64,000 bases of DNA from an uncultured Acidobacteriota bacterium (lineage in GTDB: Bacteria > Acidobacteriota > Thermoanaerobaculia > Multivoradales > SZUA-115): positions 416,001 to 480,000 of the forward strand of contig CAWDVR010000001.1 of NCBI GenBank assembly GCA_963805975.1. Reading direction: 5' to 3'. Positions 28,989 to 37,887 of the stretch are shown piece by piece. The notes beneath the pieces are model-generated. The model ran no database searches and had not been told where the DNA came from. It saw only the letters and a program-made list of their open reading frames with translations. The translations under genes were made by a program, and so were the position numbers. Position 1 is the stretch's first letter. Each line of letters begins with the position of its first letter.

Positions 28989-30581
28989 ATGCCGCAGCCT
29001 CCTGGAAGACAGCCTGCGCCCCACATACGGGCGGCGTTGCTCGCGGCGCAGGCCAAGCCCATCGTGGCCTCCCCCGCGACAGGCTCCCGTGCGGCGGCCC
29101 ACGTCCAGGCGGCCGTGAGCATTGCCCAGGCCAAGCTCGCGGTTCCCACCGGTCGAGCCCGTGCCGTTGTCCCTTCCTCGGGTGCCGCTCACGTCGCAGC
29201 AATGGTTGAGCGGGCGCGGTCGGTCGCTTCGGGCGCGGCACTCCGCCCTGCCTGCCCACCCGGAGATGGGCCCGGAGCGATCCAGGGCTGCTTCCCGGCA
29301 GGGCTCGCGCGGCTCGCCCAGGGTGCGGTCCAGCTCAAAGTGCAGGGGCCGGCGACGCAGCTCCCGGCGGCCGTGGCACAGCTCTCGGGGCGGGGTGGTG
29401 GCCAGCCCATCCCGGAAGCAGTGCGGCGAACCATGGAAGGCGTCTTCGGCACCGACTTCTCGGACGTGCGGGTCCACGTCGGGCCCCAGGCCGCGGCCCT
29501 CGGTGCCCTCGCCTTCACGCTGGGCTCTCACATCCACTTTTTCCCCGGTCACTACGCACCCGGCACCCCTCACGGCCGGCGTCTGCTGGCGCACGAGCTG
29601 ACCCACGTGGTGCAGCAGCGGGCGGGGAGGGTGAGAAACCCATTCGCCGGCGGCCTCGCGGTGGTACAGGACCCGCGGCTGGAGGCCGAGGCGGAGCGGA
29701 TGGCCGCGCGAGCGGTTCTCCAGCGTACGCCCGCACCGCTGTCCTTTCCACGGCGAGGGCAGGTGGCTCAGGCCGCCAAGGACGACAAGCACCACAAGTC
29801 GGCCGGCGACGGGGGTTCCAAGGAGGCCGACAAGTACGAGAGGCAGAACCGGATGGCTGCCTCGGCCGTGGGCGAAGGCGCAGCCAAGGACGCGACGGCC
29901 CATGGCAACAAGCAGATCGACCTCGGCGGTCTGACTTCCGAGAAGTTGGCCAAGAAGCTCGTCGGCTTCAGCAGCAAGCACCCGCGGCGCCTCCAGTTCG
30001 TCACGGCCTTCGTGCCGGTCCACATCACCCAGGTGAACGCCCTCGTCGCCGCGGAGGTTCTCCGGCTGGAGGCCGTTCTCGCAGCGGGGGTCTCTGCCAC
30101 GACGATCTTCATGGATGAGGACGCGAAGGCGGAGAGGCGCGAGGAGATCCTGGCCAGCGCAGCCTTGTACCTGGCCCGCGAGCTTGCAGAGCGAGGGCTG
30201 CAGCTACGCGAGCCGCACGTGAACGACGCCAAGGGCCTGCCCTCCGACGGCGACATGGATGCCAAGATGGTGGGAGTCGCGGACAGTGTGAAGCGTGTCT
30301 GGTGGCGCTATGCCAGGAGCACTCCGTCCACCGGCTGGGAGCGGCTCTCCGGCCGTGCGCGGCCGCATACACCACAGTTCGCCGAGATCGGCATGGGCGG
30401 CTTCGTACCGCGTGCGATCTACGATTGGTACCGCAACACCTTCTACCTGACACCGCACTACAACGAGGTCGAAGCCAAGGGCCTGACGAATGCCTACGTG
30501 CTGATGACCGACGCCGAGACCTGGACCGAGGCTCAGATCATCGCGGCGTTCCCCGATGCCAAGGACTGGAAGGACGGCTGA
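28989..30581 (+). CDS. AHVQAA-repeat leader protein 4: eCIS-core/DUF4157 domain + putative barnase-like RNase
   Basis: GGAGG RBS; repeats; GQPIPEAVRRTMEGVFGTDFSDVRVH...AFTLGSHIHF...LLAHELTHVVQQ...LEAEAE (DUF4157); C-term NDAKGLP...FAEIG...RAIYD...FYLTPHY. Confidence 0.88.
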   Translation: MPQPPGRQPAPHIRAALLAAQAKPIVASPATGSRAAAHVQAAVSIAQAKLAVPTGRARAVVPSSGAAHVAAMVERARSVASGAALRPACPPGDGPGAIQGCFPAGLARLAQGAVQLKVQGPATQLPAAVAQLSGRGGGQPIPEAVRRTMEGVFGTDFSDVRVHVGPQAAALGALAFTLGSHIHFFPGHYAPGTPHGRRLLAHELTHVVQQRAGRVRNPFAGGLAVVQDPRLEAEAERMAARAVLQRTPAPLSFPRRGQVAQAAKDDKHHKSAGDGGSKEADKYERQNRMAASAVGEGAAKDATAHGNKQIDLGGLTSEKLAKKLVGFSSKHPRRLQFVTAFVPVHITQVNALVAAEVLRLEAVLAAGVSATTIFMDEDAKAERREEILASAALYLARELAERGLQLREPHVNDAKGLPSDGDMDAKMVGVADSVKRVWWRYARSTPSTGWERLSGRARPHTPQFAEIGMGGFVPRAIYDWYRNTFYLTPHYNEVEAKGLTNAYVLMTDAETWTEAQIIAAFPDAKDWKDG

Positions 30582-31757
30582 TCAGGAGGAAGGAGGGGCC
30601 GCCTCCCCAAGCCTCCCTCGCAGCGCCCTCACCTCCTCCTCCTGCGCCATCCTCCACGCCTCGGTCTTCTGCCTTCTCGCGATCGACTCCGGCGAGTAGC
30701 GGATGGAGGTGACGAGCTTGCCGTCGCGGCTCCAGACGTGGGCGCGGCCGCGGTCGCCGAGCACCACCAGGGTGTCGCGCCGGGCATCGACCAGCACCTG
30801 CTCCGGCTTCGCGCTCTTCAAGTCGGCCACGGCCATGCGGGTGGGGCGGGCGCCCTCGCGGTGGCGGTCGCGGGCGTGGAGAGTGCGGCGGCCCTCGGCG
30901 CGCCGGCTTTTGTCGAGGCGCGAAGCGAGCCCGGCCACCAGGCCCTCGAGGCGCCGCTCCAGCGCCTCCTCGCCGCCCGCTTCGCGGCCCGGCCTGGCAG
31001 CGCCGATCTGCTCGAGCACGCCCTGGGCCCAGCGCACGGCAGGCGCCCAGGGGATCTCGCCCAGGCGGTTGCAGAAGGACTCGAGGCTCTCGTCTCCCGG
31101 CCCGGTGCCCACCAGGTTCAAGCCGTAGAGCCGGCGCGAGGCCGGCGTGCGCGTGGAGGCGAGCTGGAAGGTGAGCGCCACCAGGGCCGGGTGGCCGGCG
31201 GCGTCGCTGCCGCGGAACCAGCCGGCTACCACCTGGCCGTGGAGATGGAAGCCGGTGGCGCGGTCGCGGTAGGCGGGGAGGAGGTTCGCCGCGAGCTCCG
31301 CGCCCGAGGCGGTCACCACCAGGAAGCGGGGCGGGTCGTCGTAGATCTGGTCCACCCGCGGGTCGCCGCGTTCGAGGAGCCACTGGCCCAGCTCGGCGAA
31401 GCGCGGGATGCCGGTGGGGCCGTAGGCGGCGAAGACCTCGCGGGCGCTCGCCGGCGCCGAGTGCTCGCAGGAGGAGCTGGCGCAGCGCAGGCAGTGGGCA
31501 CGGCCGGGGCGGAAGAGGGCGCGCCGGGTGAGGATCGATTGCAGCTCGGCGGTGAGGGCTTCGCTCGCCTGTCCGGCGGCACGGCCGAGGTCCCCGTCGC
31601 GGGGAATCACGGGCAGGCGGAGCTTGAGGTCGAGCGCGCTGCCGTGGCCGGTGAGCAGATGGCCGCCGGGATGGGCCGCCACCCGCCGGCCGAGCTCCTC
31701 GGCCAGGAGCTCGATCGCCGCCCGCACCCGGTCCTGCCCGGCAGTGTCGTCTCTCAA
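30582..31757 (-). CDS. Hypothetical protein with CxxC-x4-CxH putative Zn site
   Basis: Start placed at TTG 31757 after GGAGG; HCLRCASSSCEH; C-term RRTLHARDRH...TLVVLGDRGRAHVW..DGKLVTSIRY. Confidence 0.7.
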   Translation of the reverse strand: MRDDTAGQDRVRAAIELLAEELGRRVAAHPGGHLLTGHGSALDLKLRLPVIPRDGDLGRAAGQASEALTAELQSILTRRALFRPGRAHCLRCASSSCEHSAPASAREVFAAYGPTGIPRFAELGQWLLERGDPRVDQIYDDPPRFLVVTASGAELAANLLPAYRDRATGFHLHGQVVAGWFRGSDAAGHPALVALTFQLASTRTPASRRLYGLNLVGTGPGDESLESFCNRLGEIPWAPAVRWAQGVLEQIGAARPGREAGGEEALERRLEGLVAGLASRLDKSRRAEGRRTLHARDRHREGARPTRMAVADLKSAKPEQVLVDARRDTLVVLGDRGRAHVWSRDGKLVTSIRYSPESIARRQKTEAWRMAQEEEVRALRGRLGEAAPPSS

Positions 31758-31801
31758 AGGTCGCGCTGCCTCCGCCAGCCGACGAAGTCTATCCCCGCCC
31801 G

Positions 31802-31887
31802 GATCCTTCGCTGCGCTCCGGGTGACAACGAGAAGCGGTGCTCCTCCCCGACTGTCATCCTGAGCGCAGCGAAGGATCTGGGCGGAG
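31802..31887. repeat. REP-like inverted pair (gatccttcgctgcgctc...gtcatcctgagcgcagcgaaggatc)
   Basis: Two imperfect inverted copies with a short spacer; same family as 9780-9809. Confidence 0.85.
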
Positions 31888-31945
31888 GCGTGCGAGGCCC
31901 CTGCGGCCGAGGGAAACCAGCTCTCGGCCGCGGGGATCGGGCGGG

Positions 31946-33160
31946 TTACGGCTGCACGTAGAGCAGCGGGTTGGGCTGGCTGCCGCCGTACCAGGGGATG
32001 TTGCCCACGATGTGCGGCGTTCCCGTGCTGGTGAGGCGGTACTCGACGAGGCCCTGGCTCGCTGTCGGGTTGGTCTGGAGATAGCGCGCCACGGCGCCGG
32101 AGACCACCGGGGCCGCGGCCGAGGTGTAGGAGAAGAGAACCGTGCCGGTGGGGAAGATGTGCGAGGCGGTGGTGAGCTCCCAGCCCGGCGCGTAGAGGTC
32201 CACCTCGCCACCGAAGCAGGTCCCGCCCACGCGTTGGTCCGTGCCGCCGCGCAGAGTGGCGCCGACCACGATCGGGTTGGCGCGCAGGGCCGGCGAGCTC
32301 TGCACGTAGCCGTACGAATCGCAGGCGCCACCGTTGCCCGCGCTGTTGACCACGATCACGCCCGCTTGCTTGGCACCCTTGACCGCAGCGTCCAGGCTGC
32401 TGTCGATGCTGCAAGGCGTGCTGGTCGCGCCGCAGGGGCGGTTGAGGCTGAGGTTGAGCACCGCCGGCTTGATGTGCAGCGCGGCCACCCACTCGACCGC
32501 GGCTACCGTATCCGCGGAGTCGGAGCTGCCGGTGCAGTCGAAGACCTTGAGCACGTGGAGAGTAACCTGCTTGGCAACGCCGTAGTTGGTGCCGCCGAGG
32601 ATGCCCGCGACCGCGGTGCCGTGGCCGTAGCAGTCCACCCCGAAGCCGGCGTCCTGCACGTAGTCCCTGTCCATCACGACGCGGCCGGTGAACTCGGTGT
32701 GGTTCGGGTTGATGCCGGAGTCGACGATGTAGGCGTGCACTCCCAGGCCGGTGGTGTTGTAGGAGTAGAGGCTGTCGAGCGGATGGAACCTCTGGTCGAT
32801 GCGGTCGAGCGCCCAGTTGGCGGGGTTGATCTGTACGGTCGAAGCCTGGATGCGGCCGTTCTCCTCGACGAAGGCGACGCGCGGGTCGAGGCTCAGGGCC
32901 AGCGCCTCCTTTTCGGAAAGCCGGGCCGCGAAGCCCTGGAGAGCGTGCTCGTAGTAGTGCTTCACCTCGCCGCCGTGCCGGCGGACGAGCGTGTCGGCGC
33001 TCGCCCGCGCGGACCTTGGGGCGACATCCTTGAGCACCACGATGTACTCGTCGGCGATCGGCTCGTGGCTGCGCCGGATCGTGCCGGGTTCGGCGCTGGC
33101 GGCGCCGGCCGCCAGCAAGGTGAGGAGGGCTGCGGGGAGAATCGGGCAGGTCGCTCTCAT
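31946..33160 (-). CDS. S8 protease with I9 propeptide (aqualysin/proteinase K-like)
   Basis: Signal peptide; YIVVLK/GFAARLS prodomain; WALDRIDQR; IVDSG, GHGT, SAGNG, YTSAAAPVVSG. Confidence 0.92.
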   Translation of the reverse strand: MRATCPILPAALLTLLAAGAASAEPGTIRRSHEPIADEYIVVLKDVAPRSARASADTLVRRHGGEVKHYYEHALQGFAARLSEKEALALSLDPRVAFVEENGRIQASTVQINPANWALDRIDQRFHPLDSLYSYNTTGLGVHAYIVDSGINPNHTEFTGRVVMDRDYVQDAGFGVDCYGHGTAVAGILGGTNYGVAKQVTLHVLKVFDCTGSSDSADTVAAVEWVAALHIKPAVLNLSLNRPCGATSTPCSIDSSLDAAVKGAKQAGVIVVNSAGNGGACDSYGYVQSSPALRANPIVVGATLRGGTDQRVGGTCFGGEVDLYAPGWELTTASHIFPTGTVLFSYTSAAAPVVSGAVARYLQTNPTASQGLVEYRLTSTGTPHIVGNIPWYGGSQPNPLLYVQP

Positions 33161-33267
33161 AGTGGGCTCCTTGGGTCGGTCCAGAGGGAGCTACGAAGGT
33201 TCGCGGTTGATGTTGCACCGGCATAAGTGCCTGGTCCTCCGGTTCACCCCTGCGCCATACTTCCCGC

Positions 33268-35670
33268 GTGCAGCTCGGCGTCCCAGGGAACCCGGACCTC
33301 CGCCTCTTCCTCCGCCTCTGGCTCGCTTCCTGCGGCCTGGCGCTCGGCCTCCTCTGGGCCCTCGACCGCCTCTTTCCTCCCCCGCTCGCCACGTTGTCGC
33401 GCCCGCCCGCCCGCGCCATCCTCGCTGCCGATGGCGAGCCTCTGCGCTTCCTGCTGCCGGCAGACGAGAAGTGGCGCCTGCCGGTGACCTTGGACGAGGT
33501 GCCGGAGGATTTTCTCGCCGCCTTCGTCGCTTCCGAGGACCGGCGCTTCTACGACCATGCCGGGGTCGATCCGGTGGCCGTGGCCCGCGCCGCGTGGACC
33601 AACCTGCGGGCCGGCCGGGTGGTCTCCGGCGCCTCGACGATCCCCATGCAGCTCGCCCGCATGGCCAGGCCGGGACCGCGCACCCTGGGATCGAAGCTCA
33701 CGGAGGCCCTCCGCGCCCTCCAGCTCTCGCGCCGCCTCGACAAGCGGCGGATGCTCGAGATCTACTTGAACGTCGCGCCCTACGGCAGCAACCTCGAAGG
33801 CATCGGCGCCGCCTCGTGGTTCTACTTCGGCAAGCGGCCGGCGCAGCTCTCGCTGGGCGAGGCGGCGCTCTTGGTGGCCCTGCCGCGTTCGCCCAACGGC
33901 TACGACCCGCTTCGGAAACCGCAGGCGGCGCGCCGGGCGCGGGACCGCGTGCTCGCGGAGCTCGGCCTCCGCGGCGTCTTTCCCCGCCAGCGGGTGGAGG
34001 AGGCGCGGCTCCAGCCCCTGCCCACCGCGCGGCGTGCGGCACCGTTCGCGGCCCCGCACGCGAGCCTGCTCGCGGTGGAGCGCTTTCCCGGCCGGGCCCG
34101 GCTGCGGACGACGATCGACCGTGGCATGCAGGCGGTCGGCGAGCGGGCGCTCTCGGCACGCGTCGCCGAGCTGCGCAGCCTGGGAATCGGCAATGCGGCG
34201 GCCGTGGTGCTCGAGACCGAGAGCCGCGCGCTCCGTGCCCTGGTGGGCTCCGCGAGCTTTTTCGAGGAGCGGTTCTCCGGTCAGGTCAACGGCGCCACGG
34301 CCCGCCGCTCGCCCGGCTCGACGCTCAAGCCCTTTCTCTATGCGCTGGCCTACGACCAGGGCCGCATCGTGCCCGACTCCTTTCTGCTCGACGTGCCCAC
34401 GGACTTTGCCGGCTACGTAGCCGAGAACTACGACGGCACCTACCGCGGGCGGGTGACGGCGCGCTCGGCCCTGGTCACCTCGCTCAACGCGCCGGCCGTG
34501 CGGCTGCTCTCCGACGTCGGTGTGCCCAGCTTCCTGGGCGCGCTCCGCAAGGGCGGCCTCGCGACCCTCGGCCGGCCGGCCGAGCACTATGGCTTGCCGC
34601 TGGTGCTCGGCGCCGGCGAGGTCACGCTCCTCGACCTCGTGAACCTCTACGCCACGCTGGCCGAGGGAGGGGCCCACCGGCCGGTGCGGCTCCTCGAGCC
34701 GGAGGCCGGGGAGGGAGAGGCGGCGGAGGCAACCCGGAGCGGCGAGCCCCCCCATGGCGAGGCGCTATTCTCGCGCCGTGCCGCCGAGCTGGTGACGCGC
34801 ACCCTGGTGTCGCTCGAGAGACCGGACCTGCCGAGCTCCTGGGACCTGACCCGCGGCACGCCCGCCGTGGCGTGGAAGACCGGCACCTCCTACGGGCACC
34901 GTGACGCCTGGGCGATCGGCTTCTCCGGCCGCTATGCCATCGGCGTCTGGGTCGGGAACTTCGACGGCCGGCCGGTGCTCGGCATCTCCGGCTCCGAGCA
35001 CGCCGGGCCGCTGCTTTTCGACCTCTTCCGGGCCCTGGAAGGCGGCAACGCGGGCGGTGGCTCGAGGCCGGCGCTCCTCGTCTCACCGGTGCACGAGGAT
35101 CTGCTCGAGGTCTGCGCGGCGAGCCACCAGCTTCCCGGCCCCGCCTGCCCGGCGCGGGTCCGTGTGCCGTACCTGCCGGGATCGACCCGCCTGCCGGCCT
35201 GCACCATGCACCGCCGCGTGTTCCTCGATCGCGAGACCGGCGAGATCCTCGCCGGCGCCTGCCTCGGGAGTCGGCCCCACGAGTCTCGGGTGCTCGCCGT
35301 CGAGCCGCCCGAGCTGGTCGCCTTCTGGCGCGCCCAGGGCCGGGTGGTCGAGCCGCTCCCGGCGCTGGCCGAGGCTTGCGGCGGCGCGCCCCGCGCCGCG
35401 GCCGGCGCGGAAGGACCGCGCATCGTCTCGCCCGACGGCGCCACGCCCTACCGCCTGCGCCGGGACGCACCCCTGGACTTCCAGCGCATTGCCTTGATCG
35501 CCCGCTCCGGGCCCTATGCCCGCACCCTCTACTGGTACGAGGATGGCGAGCTGGTGGCGAGCGGCGCGCCCGGTGGGAGCCTGTTCATGGCGCCGCGGCG
35601 GGGCAGCCACGAGCTGGTGGTGGTGGACGACACCGGCCGCTCGGACGCGGTGCGCTACCGGGTGGAGTAG
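33268..35670 (+). CDS. pbpC: Penicillin-binding protein 1C
   Basis: EDRRFYDHAGVDP, SGASTIPMQLAR, YLNVAPYGSNLEG transglycosylase; RSPGSTLKPF, SLN, KTGTSYGHRDAW transpeptidase; PBP1C C-terminal domain. Confidence 0.95.
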   Translation: MQLGVPGNPDLRLFLRLWLASCGLALGLLWALDRLFPPPLATLSRPPARAILAADGEPLRFLLPADEKWRLPVTLDEVPEDFLAAFVASEDRRFYDHAGVDPVAVARAAWTNLRAGRVVSGASTIPMQLARMARPGPRTLGSKLTEALRALQLSRRLDKRRMLEIYLNVAPYGSNLEGIGAASWFYFGKRPAQLSLGEAALLVALPRSPNGYDPLRKPQAARRARDRVLAELGLRGVFPRQRVEEARLQPLPTARRAAPFAAPHASLLAVERFPGRARLRTTIDRGMQAVGERALSARVAELRSLGIGNAAAVVLETESRALRALVGSASFFEERFSGQVNGATARRSPGSTLKPFLYALAYDQGRIVPDSFLLDVPTDFAGYVAENYDGTYRGRVTARSALVTSLNAPAVRLLSDVGVPSFLGALRKGGLATLGRPAEHYGLPLVLGAGEVTLLDLVNLYATLAEGGAHRPVRLLEPEAGEGEAAEATRSGEPPHGEALFSRRAAELVTRTLVSLERPDLPSSWDLTRGTPAVAWKTGTSYGHRDAWAIGFSGRYAIGVWVGNFDGRPVLGISGSEHAGPLLFDLFRALEGGNAGGGSRPALLVSPVHEDLLEVCAASHQLPGPACPARVRVPYLPGSTRLPACTMHRRVFLDRETGEILAGACLGSRPHESRVLAVEPPELVAFWRAQGRVVEPLPALAEACGGAPRAAAGAEGPRIVSPDGATPYRLRRDAPLDFQRIALIARSGPYARTLYWYEDGELVASGAPGGSLFMAPRRGSHELVVVDDTGRSDAVRYRVE

Positions 35671-35773
35671 GAGCGGTTGTAACGCTGCTCGTCGATATGC
35701 GACAGTAGCCTGCGGAACCGCGGGGCGGGCCCTCGGGCACGCCGCGCTTTGCCCCCTCAGGAGGATGCACCGG

Positions 35774-36616
35774 ATGACACGCAAGAGTTCCATCGCCTTG
35801 GCGCTCGCCGCCGCGCTCGTGCTCGCCTCGCCGGCCCTGGCCGCGATCCACTACCAGGCCACCACCGAGACCAGCGGCGAAGGCCAGGGCATGAAGATGG
35901 TGGTCGAAGGCTGGGTGGACGGCGAGAAGGCCAGGGTGGAGTTCAAGGAGAGCGACAACCCGATCATGGGCAAGGGCACCTACATGCTCACCAAGGACGG
36001 CGGCCAGACCCTAATGCTCGTCAATCCCGAGGACAAGACCTACGCCAGCCTGGACCTCGACGGGCTGCTCAAGGGCGTCGGGGCGATGATGAACAGCATG
36101 GGCGGCCTGTTCAAGATGGAGGTCGCGAACCCAAAGGTCGCCCAGGTGCTCGACGAGGACGGTGGCGCGGTGGCCGGCCTGCCCACCCGGCACATCCAGT
36201 CGAAGCACAGCTACACGATGCAGATCAAGGTGCTGGGCCGCACCCAGGCGACCGAGGTCGAGGCGGTGCAGGACCTGTGGGTGACCAACGCGATCAACGA
36301 CCGCGGTCTCGGGGCCTGGCTGCGCAAGGCCCCGCCCAAGACCGGCCACGAGGCGCTCGACAAGCTGATCGCGACCGAGGCCGGCAAGATCGAGGGCTTC
36401 CCGCTCAAGACGGAGACCGTCTCCACCTCGCGCTCCGACAAGGGCAAGGCGACGACGAGCCGCACGACGATGCAGGTGACCGAGCTCGATACCGCCGCCG
36501 CGGCGCCGGCGGCCTCGGCCTTCGAGGTGCCAGCCGGCTACGAGGAGACGCAGCTCCTGCCGACGGGAGCCGGCAATCCGTTCGAGCAGATGATGCAGCA
36601 GCGGAACAAACCGTAG
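35774..36616 (+). CDS. Secreted DUF4412-like protein
   Basis: AGGAGG RBS; signal peptide; LVNPEDKTY, VAGLPT, GFPLK, FEVPAGY motifs. Confidence 0.78.
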   Translation: MTRKSSIALALAAALVLASPALAAIHYQATTETSGEGQGMKMVVEGWVDGEKARVEFKESDNPIMGKGTYMLTKDGGQTLMLVNPEDKTYASLDLDGLLKGVGAMMNSMGGLFKMEVANPKVAQVLDEDGGAVAGLPTRHIQSKHSYTMQIKVLGRTQATEVEAVQDLWVTNAINDRGLGAWLRKAPPKTGHEALDKLIATEAGKIEGFPLKTETVSTSRSDKGKATTSRTTMQVTELDTAAAAPAASAFEVPAGYEETQLLPTGAGNPFEQMMQQRNKP

Positions 36617-36629
36617 AGCTAGACGGCGG

Positions 36630-36752
36630 CACCCCTCACCCTAACCCTCTCCCCGTATGCGGGGAGAGGGGACCGGAGAAAGCTCGGAACTAGAAGGGCA
36701 GCTCAGAACCCCTCGCCCCGCGAGAGCGGGGAGAGGGGCAGGGGTGAGGGGC
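36630..36752. repeat. REP-like inverted pair (cccctcaccc..ccctctcccc...ggggagaggg family)
   Basis: Two hairpin units in inverted orientation between convergent genes; same family at 57349-57460. Confidence 0.85.
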
Positions 36753-36763
36753 ACCTGCTGCGG

Positions 36764-37189
36764 CTAGACCAGCTTCGCCTCCAGCGTGATCTCCACCGCC
36801 TTCAAGGCCTGGGACACCGGGCAGCCCTCCTTGGCGCCCCGGGCCTGCTCCTGGAAGGCGGCCTCGTCGATGCCGGGCACCGTGGCCTCGGTGGTGAGCG
36901 CGATGCGGGTGATGCGGAACCCCCCCTCCTGCTTCTCCATCTGCACCTTGGCGGTGGTGGCCACGCGCTGCGGCGCATAGCCGGCCCCGCCCAGGGCCGC
37001 CGACAGGGCCATCGAGAAGCAGGCGGCGTGGGCCGCGCCGATCAGCTCTTCCGGGTTGGTGCCTTTGCCGTCCTCGAAGCGGGTGGTGAACGAGTACTGC
37101 CCTTCGAAGGCGCCGCTCCCCAGGGCAACGCGGCCGCTGCCGTCCTTCAAGCCGCCTTTCCACTCCGCGTTGGCGCTCCTTACGATCAT
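36764..37189 (-). CDS. osmC: OsmC-family peroxiredoxin
   Basis: YSFTTRFE, GTNPEELIGAAHAACFSMAL, AKEGCPVSQAL. Confidence 0.95.
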   Translation of the reverse strand: MIVRSANAEWKGGLKDGSGRVALGSGAFEGQYSFTTRFEDGKGTNPEELIGAAHAACFSMALSAALGGAGYAPQRVATTAKVQMEKQEGGFRITRIALTTEATVPGIDEAAFQEQARGAKEGCPVSQALKAVEITLEAKLV

Positions 37190-37395
37190 CGTCGTGATCT
37201 CCCTTTCCTTGTCTGTTGAGCTTCGAGTTTAGCGTGGCCCGTCGCTTGCAGCCGCCGGTTCCCGTTGCCGGCAGTCGGCCGATCCGGCGCGGCAGTGCAC
37301 CCGGGAGCCTGGAGCCGCAGCAGTTCAGGCATAATCAGACGCCGGATCGGCCGTATGCCACCTCAATGCCAAACCCCTTTTCCAGAGGTTTCTCC

Positions 37396-37887
37396 ATGAC
37401 GAAGCGCCGCCTCGCCCCTCTCGCGCCCCTCGCTCTCCTCGCCGGCCTGCTGCCGATCTCCGGGAGCGCCTCCGACCACGTCGTGGGCAAGCTCATCGGC
37501 AAGGCGCCGGCTGCCACCGAGACCACCACCATCGCGCGGCTGCTCGCCGATCCCCAGGCTTTCGAGGGCAAGACCGTCAAGGTCGAAGGCAAGGTGCTCG
37601 ATGTCTGCCCGAAGATGGGCTGCTGGATGGAGCTCGGCGCCGCGGGTGGAACCGTGCGCATCCAAGTGGAGGATGGAGTGCTGGTCTTCCCGGTGGACGC
37701 CAAGGGCAAGCCCGCGGTGGCCGAGGGCAAGGTCGAGATCAAGGAGATGAGCCGCGAGCAGTACGTGCAATGGGCCGAGCACCTGGCCGAGGAGCGCGGT
37801 GAGGCCTTCGACGAGGCGAAGATCGGCGCGGGGCCCTACAAGCTGGTGCTGATCCACGCCACGGGCGCGGTCATCGGGGCGTCGTGA
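37396..37887 (+). CDS. DUF4920-like secreted OB-fold protein
   Basis: Signal peptide; VCPKMGCWM; AEHLAEE; ATGAVI. Confidence 0.82.
   Translation: MTKRRLAPLAPLALLAGLLPISGSASDHVVGKLIGKAPAATETTTIARLLADPQAFEGKTVKVEGKVLDVCPKMGCWMELGAAGGTVRIQVEDGVLVFPVDAKGKPAVAEGKVEIKEMSREQYVQWAEHLAEERGEAFDEAKIGAGPYKLVLIHATGAVIGAS

Noticed and set aside
24990-29200. CRISPR array or RiPP precursor reading of the repeats
   Set aside because: Repeats vary at synonymous sites, spacing is irregular, no cas genes are present, and each repeat block leads into a folded enzyme-like domain. No RiPP maturase, protease or transporter set was recognised.
32110-32140. Inactive S8 because GTSMA reads YTSAA
   Set aside because: The catalytic Ser, Asp (DSG), His (HGT) and oxyanion Asn are all retained.
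30582-33419. 945-aa ORF with a REP element translated in frame
   Set aside because: The upstream part is off-frame over the S8 gene and the REP. A TTG with RBS at 31757 explains the real gene without including the repeat.
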